Assembly (NCBI GenBank): GCA_034002865.1
Contig: JAVEZR010000004.1
Span: forward strand, 1-52,558
Direction: 5' to 3'
From: Candidatus Dojkabacteria bacterium
Lineage (GTDB): Bacteria; Patescibacteriota; Dojkabacteria; SC72
DNA length: 52,558 bases
Shown here: positions 34,082-44,600 of the stretch, one piece after another
Position numbering within the stretch: the stretch's first letter is position 1
Layout of the letters: each line of letters begins with the position of its first letter
Notes under the pieces: generated by a model
What the model saw: the letters and a program-made list of their open reading frames with translations, nothing else
The model's database searches: none
What the model was told of the DNA's origin: nothing
Made by a program: the position numbers and the translations under genes

Positions 34082-34152
34082 GCCGCCTGAGACTCGAACT
34101 CAGCACCTACTGCTTAAAAGGCAGTTGCTCTAACCTGATGAGCTAGCGGCCC
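34079..34152 (-). tRNA. tRNA-Lys (anticodon UUU), no encoded CCA
   Basis: Minus-strand fold: GGGCCGC/GCGGCTC acceptor, D arm GCTC-ATCAGGTTA-GAGC, anticodon stem ACTGC/GCAGT with loop CTTTTAA, T arm CTGAG-TTCGAGT-CTCAG, discriminator A. Length 74 nt. Confidence 0.88.
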
Positions 34153-34188
34153 GTAACGGTTATGATTATAACCCCTTAAGTTATCTTT

Positions 34189-34827
34189 TTACAAGTCTTT
34201 TACTAAAAGCTGTTTAACAGGTGAAAACGATTTTCTATGGATTGCACATGGCCCATACTTACGTAACAGCTCTATATGCTGTTTAGTACCATACCCTACA
34301 TGCTTTTCAAATAGATAATCAGGGTACTCTTTAGAGATCTCTTTCATAAACCTATCTCTTGTTACCTTTGCTAATATGGATGCTGAAGATATAGAGTAAT
34401 GTTTAATATCCCCTGACTTAATCTTCTCCATATGATATCCAGATATTGTGCTAACATTAGTACCATCTACAATAAGGTAATCAGCTTTACACTTAATCAT
34501 ATCCTCTACCTGCTTAAGAGCACCCTCCATAGCCATTTTAACAGCCTCCTGTATACCCAGCTCATCTATAATTACAGAATCTATCATACATATACCGTAT
34601 GCAACAGAGCTCTCCTTTATATACTCAAATATCTCTTCTCTTTTCTTCTCACTCATCATTTTACTATCTCTAACAAAAGGATGAAGTTTAGTATCACTAT
34701 TAATAACCACAGCACCTGCACATACAGGTCCTGCAAGTGGTCCTCTTCCTGCCTCATCAATACCTACTATATATTTAAAACCTTTATTCCAAAGCTTACT
34801 TTCTAATTCAATATCAGGAAATTGCAT
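34189..34827 (-). CDS. rnhB: Ribonuclease HII
   Basis: 212 aa. VGIDEAGRGPLAGPV, DSKMMSEKKRE and ASILAKVTRD motifs. Confidence 0.93.
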   Translation of the reverse strand: MQFPDIELESKLWNKGFKYIVGIDEAGRGPLAGPVCAGAVVINSDTKLHPFVRDSKMMSEKKREEIFEYIKESSVAYGICMIDSVIIDELGIQEAVKMAMEGALKQVEDMIKCKADYLIVDGTNVSTISGYHMEKIKSGDIKHYSISSASILAKVTRDRFMKEISKEYPDYLFEKHVGYGTKQHIELLRKYGPCAIHRKSFSPVKQLLVKDL

Positions 34828-34846
34828 AGTACAAATATGTATAAAT

Positions 34847-35119
34847 ATGATATATGATATTACTATGAGAACAGTAATAATAGCAATTTGTATACTCCCT
34901 TTAATATCTTTCTCACTGTTAGGTAATACCTATGCACAGGAAGAAAGTACTGATGTAATAGAGAGTACTCAACAGGAAGTAGTAATGGAGAGTGAACCTA
35001 TTCAAACTCAAGAGATTACCACCCCTACTATCTCTCCATTTTCAATCCTTTTCTCTTTTATAGCAATAGCGCTATTTCTTTCATTAGGATATACCTTAAT
35101 TAAAAGGTTTAATCTTTAA
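34847..35119 (+). CDS. Small secreted protein with C-terminal TM anchor (hypothetical)
   Basis: 90 aa. Signal peptide (IAICILPLISFSLLGNTYAQE), an acidic/Thr-rich linker, then ISPFS + TM helix + KRFNL tail. Confidence 0.45.
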   Translation: MIYDITMRTVIIAICILPLISFSLLGNTYAQEESTDVIESTQQEVVMESEPIQTQEITTPTISPFSILFSFIAIALFLSLGYTLIKRFNL

Positions 35120-35182
35120 TTCTGGAAATTTTTAAAAATCTCATGTACCATATAGATATATTAATTTGTTATTCATAAAAAC

Positions 35183-35542
35183 ATGAGTTCATCAGAAGAT
35201 TTTTTCAAAGGTTTACTTTTCGGTACTGCAGTAGGTCTTACAGCAGGAATACTTCTTGCACCTAAAGCAGGATCAGAGACAAGAGAGGATATTAAAAGAT
35301 TTGCGCAAGAGAGAGTAGATAGTGCAGAGGATTACTACAAGAAAGCTAGAAGGCAGGTAAATAGGAAAATAAAAGAGGTTAAAGAAGCAGGTAAGAATAT
35401 TGATATTGATGGTTACAAGAAGTTAGTAGCAAAGGTTGTTGATGAAATTAAGAGAGATGGAGCATTAACTGCAGATGTTGCAAAACAGATTGGAACGAAG
35501 TTAAATGAAGATTGGAATGATATTAAATCATCCGTTCTTTAA
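35183..35542 (+). CDS. YtxH-domain protein
   Basis: 119 aa. FFKGLLFGTAVGLTAGILLAPKAGSETREDIK is the YtxH signature. The remainder is helical. Confidence 0.8.
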   Translation: MSSSEDFFKGLLFGTAVGLTAGILLAPKAGSETREDIKRFAQERVDSAEDYYKKARRQVNRKIKEVKEAGKNIDIDGYKKLVAKVVDEIKRDGALTADVAKQIGTKLNEDWNDIKSSVL

Positions 35543-35556
35543 ATTAAAATAACCAA

Positions 35557-35585
35557 TTGAATTTTATCCTCTTGAGAGATAATAT
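35557..35585 (+). promoter_or_regulatory. Candidate promoter for tRNA-Gly(CCC) and possibly the giant ORF
   Basis: TTGAAT (35557-35562), 17-nt spacer, TAATAT (35580-35585), 12 nt upstream of the tRNA 5' end. It is embedded in the hairpin ATCCTCTT (35566-35573) / AAGAGGAT (35589-35596). Confidence 0.35.
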
Positions 35586-35597
35586 ACTAAGAGGATT

Positions 35598-35671
35598 GCG
35601 AGAGTAGTTCAGTTGGCTAGAATGCCTCCTTCCCAAGGAGAAGGTCGCGGGTTCGAATCCCGTCTCTCGCT
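35598..35671 (+). tRNA. tRNA-Gly (anticodon CCC), no encoded CCA
   Basis: GCGAGAG/CTCTCGC acceptor, D arm GTTC-AGTTGGCTA-GAAT, anticodon stem CCTCC/GGAGA (one mismatch) with loop TTCCCAA, T arm GCGGG-TTCGAAT-CCCGT, discriminator U. Length 74 nt. Confidence 0.88.
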
Positions 35672-35692
35672 TTTATATTAATTGAGCTGCCC

Positions 35693-38600
35693 TTGGTTGT
35701 GATAAAAAGAATAGAACAATATAAAGTATTTCTTATACTTTTTTCTCTTTTACTACTTACTACAATTATCTCAACCTATAATCCATTCAAGATAAGTCTT
35801 TTGGCGGCAGACAATATTCCTGCATGTATATCTACATGTACAGATTATACTGGTAACTACTATGGTGATTGTGAAAGATTCTGTGATCCATACAGTTCCG
35901 GTTATTACGGTTATGAGAATAGCTGTGCATATCAAAGCTATCCTGAGGGAAATACTGAGCAGTGGTGTTCATCTGTAGAGATGGATGTAGAGATGTGTAT
36001 AGGAGGGTGTATTGCTGAAAATCCTGATGCAACAGACGTAGAATATAGTTGTCGAGACCTTTGTTCTGCCTATAATGATAAGTATGGCTGCGAAAATAAT
36101 TACGGAGCTTATTTACAGGGAGGTTATGATTTTACTCCTAGCACTTCTTTCTGTTCATATTTAGATTTCAGAGATGAGGTTGGCTCATGTTATACCGCCT
36201 GTACTACTGAGCTTGGAGCGGGATATGATATGGATTGCTCTACTTTTTGTAACCCTTATGATCACGGATATTACGGATATGAATGGCAAGTTGGAGGAAC
36301 TGGAGGATGTACAGAGGCAAGTCAGTATTATAACTATGACTATCCACAACCAGGATTGTGGTGTTCTTATTTAGAGAAAAATAGCCAAATGTGTACAGGA
36401 GCCTGTATAGCTCAGAATAGCTCTTATCAAGATCCTGAATTCCCTTGTAATGATATTTGTACTGCATATACCGTAACCTCTGAATGTGCTGCTGATGCTG
36501 GAAGCTACTTTGAATACTTTATCCCTACTACTGATTTCTGTTCATATTTAGAATATGGTGTAGAACATGAAGAGGATGGTATCTATTTAAACGGTACTAT
36601 CCGAGGTTACATGCAAATTGAAACCGGAGGTGTAAAAAACATAACAGGGTATGTTAGACATGCCAACATGCCTGATGATTTTACAATCCTAGGAAACAAC
36701 GATAACAACTATTCTAATGATATAGCTGGTGATTGTACTCTTGTAGCAGGTACAGAATCAGACAAATGGGAATTCTCCTGTCCTACAGATGATATAACTG
36801 GGGAAGGAATATACCAGTATACATTTACAACCTCCAACGATGCTGATTTATGGGAATCTTCAAAGATCTTAACAATAAACTATGGGATTGATGATTTAAC
36901 ATACCTATGGACTTTCGATGAAAGAAATGAAGATTGGGGTAACGAAGTAATAACTAATCTTGCTCCAACAGAGGGTGGTGCTACGCAAACAGACCCAGGT
37001 TTTCATGTAGGAGGTGCTTTAAATGGTTTAGATGAAAAGTATTTAACATACGAGGACCTAGGCGGAGATTTTAATTTTGCTGGTGGAGATGTTCATTTTA
37101 AAATTGAAGCGATGGTAAAGGGAAATGCATATGATAATTATGATCGTATGCTAATTTCAAAGAGAAGTAACGATGAAGAATCTAATACGTGGACAGTCGG
37201 TACAAGTGGCGACAGAGGGGTAAGATGTGCTGTTGAAATTAATGGTGAGCAACAAACTACTCAAACTGAATGGGAGACAGGAGGGCAGCTTACAAACGGA
37301 GAGACATATAAAATTGGATGTGAATGGAATGCTTACACAAGAGAACTTACAGCATATATTGATGACGTGGCAATAATAACAAATACCATTGGAGGGACAG
37401 ACTTTATTCCCCCTTCTACAAGTAATTTAACAATTAATGGAATACCTGGTGTTGGATACGATACGAATGCTTATATAGATAATATAATGATATATTCTTA
37501 CCCTGCAGAAGTTCCTGGAGACGAAACAAATCCCCCAGGGATATTTATTCCTCAAACAGAGAAATTCAAAACTGTTGATTCTACTATTACTACACCTATT
37601 CTTGGAAGAATCTATGACGAATCAACAATAGACTCTGTTGAGATTAAAAGAGTTGACAGTGAGACATGGAATAGCTGTACTGTAGATAGTGAACCATCTC
37701 CTGTTACTCTACCTACTCCCTTAGCAAAATGGAGCTTTGAAGAGGAAAGTGGTACCGGTGCATACTTACTTGATAGTAGTGGAAATGGATACCATGCTAC
37801 TCCTAGTGGAACCACAGTAGGAGAAGGAATTGTTGGAAATGGAAGGTCTATTGGTGCCTGGAATTATATAGAAGTAGATTCAAGTTTGAATAACGATATC
37901 CCCTCTGGCTCAGAAGCTAGGACAGTAAGTGCATGGGTTAAATTTGAAACTAATGAAGGGTGTCCTACCGGTTGGAATCCTGTTTTTAGCTATGGTAGTG
38001 AGGATGAGGTAGGAGAGAATGTTGCTTGGGGTGTAGTAATTGATTGTGATCGTTCTCTTGGTGTTAATGAGGGAACATCTCGTGAATTTGTAGAGGCAAA
38101 AGTCCCTTCTTGGGAATGGACTTTTGTAGCAGTTTCAATGGATAGTAATGGTAATAAAACACATTATATTAATGGAGAAAATGTAGGAACAATTACTACA
38201 GTACCAAACACCATTCCTGATCATAACCCTAAAATAGGTATCCTTTATCATGGCCATCACTCATTCCCAGGAATAATTGATGAGGTCTCACTCTTTGATA
38301 GAGCACTATCAGAAGAGGAAATAATCAATATATTTAGTTCTACAAAAGATAATTATGAATTCTCATGTTCAACAGGACCAATGCTTGATTTGTCAACAAA
38401 TGCATACCAGATAAGGGCGACTGACCAATTTAACAATGTCACAGCAGTAGAAAACTATGAATATGTAGAAAGGGAAGTGGATGCTTTTGGAGGATTAGAG
38501 TTGAAAACTCTTTTGAGATTTGAAAGTGGTAATACACTTCTTGACTCCATAGGAACTCTAATTAATGGATATGCATATGAAGGGGGAACAAACCCTATTA

Positions 38601-41600
38601 CATCAATTCCTAGAACTACTGGAATATATGGTGATGCTGGAGATTTCCAAGATATTAGAAGATTGTTCTTCCCAGACAATAGTCAAATATATGATTTCAA
38701 TGATTATGAAGATAAATTACCACACTTTAGGGTTGAAGCTATCGTAAAAAGATTGTATGAAGATACACATAGATCTATTCTTGTTAAAACACTCTCAGAG
38801 GAAGGAGAGCCCCTATGGAAAATGGGAACTTCAGATACCAGTAACCTACTCTGTTCCGTAGTTACTCTTGGAGGTACCGTAACTGTAATAAGTGATGAGA
38901 CTCTCCCTATAGATGAATGGAGAGCTGTAGCATGTGATTGGAATGCTTTAACAGGAGAGCTTACGGCTTCAATAGATGGGATTGATGTTAAAACTGAAAC
39001 AACAAATATAGATATATCATTAAGACAACTTACTACTTCCACAGGACCTCTTGTTATCAGCGGTATGGGACAAGATAGCTATTATGATCCTTTTAATGGA
39101 TTTATTGATAATGTAAAAATATATAATGAGTATCTTACTATCCCTAAAAAGCCTATTGAATTAAATAGCTCTTCAGCATTAGCTAACTCAGATACTTACC
39201 TCTTACAAGGAAGTGCGAATACCAATACAAGTGATAACATAGTTCAAGTACAGTATAGAGAGTATGCACAGGGACAGAATGAGAACGTGAATTGGAATGG
39301 GTGTACGTGCGATGATGGTACTTGTGATAACCCAACAGAAGATTTCTCATGCTCAATTACAAATATTCCAGAGTCCTCTACTACTACATATGAAATAAGA
39401 TATGTATATGGAGATCCACTCTCATATCTTGCAAGTAACTTATATGGTATCTCTGATATTAGAAGAGACAGCAATAATTCATTAGAAGCATGGTGGAGTT
39501 TCGATAAAGCTACAGAGTTAATAGATTATACTGGGAATGGATTTAATGGAACTTTAATTGGAGTTTCCCCTCTTTATTCTAATCTAACAACTGGTTCTCT
39601 TACCAATATATTCGATGGAAATACATATTTTGAAATAGCTGATACTGAGAGGAAGTTAAACTTCAATGGTTTCTCAGATGAATTCAAAATAGAGCTAGAT
39701 ATCAAACCTGATGCAGGATTAACTACTAACGAAGATTATCATTTTATATACAAAACAAAATCTTCATGGGAGGAAGGTGAACAACCATATGTCTGGGGAA
39801 TAAGAATGTATGTTACACCCAATGGAGATTACGTTGCCAGCGCTAGGGTTGATGATAACGGAGAAAGATCTGTTGGATTTGAAGATAATCCTAATTCTTA
39901 TTTAAATCCAGGACAGTGGAATCATATTGTATTCACATATAGCAATGTAGATGAAGTAATAACCCTTAAGGTTAATGACAATGATACTATCATAAGTGAA
40001 ATTTATCAGAGTATGTCGTTAGATGAGTCTAGCGCACCAGTTACAATAGGATCGCGCGCTACAGATAATAATAAGTTCGTAGGGGAGATTGATGATATAA
40101 AGATTTATAATGAAACATATGTTCCTCCTTATACTCCCTTTGAGTTTAGTACTAGTGCAGCAATAGTAAGTACAAATACATATACCTTGCAGGGTACGGC
40201 TGATACAATAGATAAAGAAATCTCAACTATACAATACAGGTTATTTAACAGTTCACAGGCACAAGGAGATAACTGGAGCAGCTGTACATGCGATGATGGT
40301 ACATGTAATTCTGTAATTGAAGATTTCTCCTGCAATATAGCTGATATCCCTGCTTTTACTTCAACATATGAACTTAGATTGGGATATGGAGAACCTCTTG
40401 AATATATCACAAGTGAGACATATGGCAGATTTGATATTACAAAAGATACTTCAGACAGTTTAGTAACATGGTGGGGATTTGATAGCGATACTAATATTAC
40501 TGATTATGGAGTAAATGAACTTGATGGAACAGTAGTTGGCCATGTGGAGACTTCAATCTCCTCAGAGACAGGTTCTCGAACGAATGTTTTTCATGGTGAT
40601 ACATATTTTGAAATAGCTGATACTGAGAGGAAGTTAAACTTCAATGACGTGGATAGTGAATTCACAGTTGAACTAGATATTAAGCCAGAGATAGGGTTTA
40701 ATACCAATCAAGACTATTACATAATGACTAAAAATGCCCCTGACTCATCTTTTGTATGGGGCATAAAAATTTATGTTACATTAGATGGAGATTATGATAT
40801 TAGGGGTATCATTAATACAGAGAATCAGATAAAAGAAATAGGACATAATGATCTAAGCGCGAATTCTAACACTTACCTAACTCCAGGAGATTGGAACCAT
40901 GTAGTATTCTCCTTTGCAAATCTTGATTCCACAGCCACAATTAAGGTCAATGATAATCCACCTTCTGTATATAGCAACAGTATCTACTTCTTGATGCCTA
41001 CATCAACCTCTCCTATCACAATAGGTGGGAACCCTGCAATAGGAAATAAATTTGAAGGAGAAATAGGAGATATAAAGATTTATAGTACTACCGATGCAAG
41101 AGCACCTCAGATAACCTTTAAAGAATTAGACAATAAAGAGAGAATTACAAATGACCCAAATCAAGAGTTTGAAATTACTGTCACAGATCAAACAGGAGTA
41201 GAATCTTTTGGATACTTCTTCTTCGATATGTCCGGCTCTTGGGATATTCCAGAACCAGGTTATATACCAATAGCTGATAGAGAGTGGACATATGTCGATA
41301 ATCCAACCGAGGGTAATTGGGGAGATAAAGAGGTTGTAATAAAAATTAATGCGGTAGATCTCTCAGATAAACTTTGGTACCTATATACAAGAGCCACTGA
41401 TAGCAATGGCTTTGAATCCTTACTTCCTGATCATTGGTGGTATACCACTTACGCACATCATACTCCTTCAGCAATGCCATACTATCAGTTCTTTGTAGAG
41501 GCACGTGATACTACCCCTCCTCAGATATTTGCTCACTCTATAATCCCGAGCCAAACCGTAGATACTAACCCTGGAGTAAGAGGATATATAAAAGACAACC

Positions 41601-44600
41601 CAAAGGACACAATTAGCGATATTGCCTCTATCGAGTATAAGCTCGAAATAGGTACTCTTGAAGGGGAAGATTGGACTCCAGGAGAAATTGGAACCTGGAA
41701 ACCTATTACACCATTAGGCATAGAGAATATCTTTGATCAGCCAACAGAAGAATTCTATCTAAGACTTGAAGGCCTAACCCCAGGGGATTACAAATTAGAA
41801 ATAAGAGCTGAAGATGCCTCTGGAAATAGCACAGAAGACAATGATACAAATCACACTGGATACTTCACAATATATGAAATAAATCCTAAACCAGATACTA
41901 CAGTATTAATAAAAGAGGAGGACTTTACCTCTCATGCCTACCATGATCAACTCTTTTCTGATGGTGTTTGGGGTAATGGAATCTTAAGACTAAGACAATC
42001 GGTATCATTCCAACAGGAACAAGCTATGTTTACTAACAATAATGACTTTGGATACACATATGGAGAATTCCGTGGGGAAATATTTGATTCTGTAGATGGA
42101 AATTTCTGGATTGTGAATAATGATCAAACCTTTTCTTACTACAATATTGAAAATGATACATATACAAAGTATCCAAAATTAAAAAAGGGATGGTATTTGG
42201 CAGATGTAAATGAATTTGAGTTTGAAGATAGAAGATATCTTGTAATAGACTATGTTTACGAGTCAACTATAATCTATGACATTAATAACACACCTGAGGA
42301 TACAACTGATGACACATATGTTGATTATAAAGATAAAGAAGGATTTGGTAATAACAAGGATTTCGAATTTATAGATATAGACAGAAGAAACAATACCTTA
42401 TCAATATTTGGAAGGGCTGAGCCTGCAGTAGAGAATTTTGTAATCTCAATAGATACAAAAGGAACAATAATGGATATATCAGATGACACGTATACCACAT
42501 GGGGAACAGCAGATAATCTCTTCTATGACGAAGACCTTGAAGAATATCATACAGATCATGATATAGTAGGCTTACTATTAGACCAAGAATTAGATAGTTT
42601 TGTAATGTCTACTTACACTCATGGCTCTTGGATATGTAGTGATGGTGGAGATCCTGAAAACAAAACAAATGATGCATGTAAGTACTACCCAACATGGGGT
42701 AAATTCTCAATAATAAAAGATAACAATGGGTATTACTATCTTGGTGGAAATGGAAGATTGGTAAGAATTAATTCAAACAATACTTCCAATTTAATGGATG
42801 ACACATTAACCGATATTGTCTCCATTGGAGATCCAAGACTTATAGACGATACAGTATCGGATATGGTTATTATCCCAGGCAAATATCCTGTTGGAGATGA
42901 GCTTTGGTTCTTAACAACAAATGGATATCTTAGAGGGGTAGAGTACAACTTCACATATGACGATAAACTAGATGATACTACCTATGTATATAAAATTCCT
43001 ACACACCAAAATAGAGGAGGATCAGGAACCAACTTTAGTCTTAGGGGAGACGATACCTTTTATGTAGCAACTCAAGGGGAGGGAATACAGAAAATAACTC
43101 TTACTAGATCCTTTGAGAGTTTAAACACAATAGAGATGCTCCCTATTCCACCAGATGGTATCTTAGCAATAAACTACATTGACCTAGAGGAAGTTCTTGG
43201 AGCTGTAACAAATGGTAGTCAATATACACTTAATGATCTTGTTACATATGAAGTCTCTAATGACTCAGGAGTAACATGGTTCCCTATTACACAAGGTCAA
43301 AGAGTTAACTTCCCAACACCAGACTATAAACTGAAACTTAAAATAATACTTAGAAGTGGTTCCTCTCCAATCATAGATGCACTTAAACTCTCTTACGTTG
43401 CATATCCTGAGAAAAAAGATGACCAATGTGATATCAAGATTAATGATAAAGCACCACAAATAACTAGTATTAAGCCTAATACAAATAAATCATTCACAGT
43501 AAACTTCGCTACATTAGCTGACCCAACAGTACAAAGCTATACACTAGAATACGGCCTATCTAACAGTAACTTTACTACCGGTTCTCAAACAGTATTAAAA
43601 GATACTAATACATTTACTGTAACAGGTATTCAAGAAGATACAGAGTACTTCTTTAGAGTAAAAGCTGTATCTGATTGTACAAGCAGTCTCTGGTCAAACG
43701 TAATGAGTGCTACAAACACAGGTGAAGCTACACAACCTCCTGTTAAACCTCACAGGCCTCCTAAAGCTACAGACCCAACTACAGAAGAAAATCTCTGTGG
43801 TAACGGAGTACTAGATGAAGGAGAGGAGTGTGACTATGCTAATACAGAGACATATATGTGTGAAGATGGTAGTACAGGTATATGTACAGTTGAATGTACA
43901 TTAGATGTAAATAGCTGTAAGGAAGAGGATTCTGATATTCCAATAATTGATAGAATTAAGGAAAATATTAAAGAAGTAGAAAAAGAGAGGGATGGGGAAG
44001 CCATATCTGCAACACAGGTAGCAAACTGGGCTGTAAAATTAATATCACTCTCTCTACTCACCCTCTCTGTACCACTAATACCTTACTACTTCATGAGGAT
44101 TCTACTTGGTATCCCTTACATAATTGGTATGAGAAAAAGAGATAAAGAGTATGGATATGTATATGACTCAATTACAAAGGAACCAATAAAACAGGCCATT
44201 GTAAGAATATATAGTGGAGATAAGCTAGTACATACGGATGTAACAGGTACATATGGAGAGTTTGGTGGCAATATTGAGCCAGGGAAATACACTCTCTCTG
44301 TTCAGAAACCACAGTACTCATTCCCATCAACAATGGTAGTAGGTAGTACTGATATGCATATTAGTAATGTATATAACGGAACACTAGAAGTTAAGGAGAA
44401 TGCAGAGATAATTACTGCTGTTCCAATAGATAGTAATAAAGCAAAAGTATTTGATATATTCAAAACTATTGTAATAAATAGGACCGCTATCTTACTCCAA
44501 TTTATTAAACTACTACTCTTTGTAGGATTACTTGCATACTCTATATATGCATATAAGACAAATAGTAATACTCTAAACCTCATTGTACTAATTGAATACG

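Larger units (their letters stand above)
39152..41095 (+). repeat. Tandem duplication of a ~326-328-aa [Ig-like CTCDDGTC module + LamG] cassette inside the giant ORF
   Basis: Cassette 1 starts at P1154 (39152, PIELNSSSALANSDTYLLQGSA...NWNGCTCDDGTCDNPTEDFSCSI). Cassette 2 starts at P1482 (40136, PFEFSTSAAIVSTNTYTLQGTA...NWSSCTCDDGTCNSVIEDFSCNI). Both end in G-EI-DIKIY. Confidence 0.85.

Noticed and set aside
39621-40646. The 48-nt identical pair as a template/variable repeat of a diversity-generating retroelement
   Set aside because: No reverse transcriptase or accessory gene is present in the window. The two copies are perfectly identical rather than differing at adenine positions. The location (mid-LamG) is not the usual C-terminal C-type-lectin variable region.
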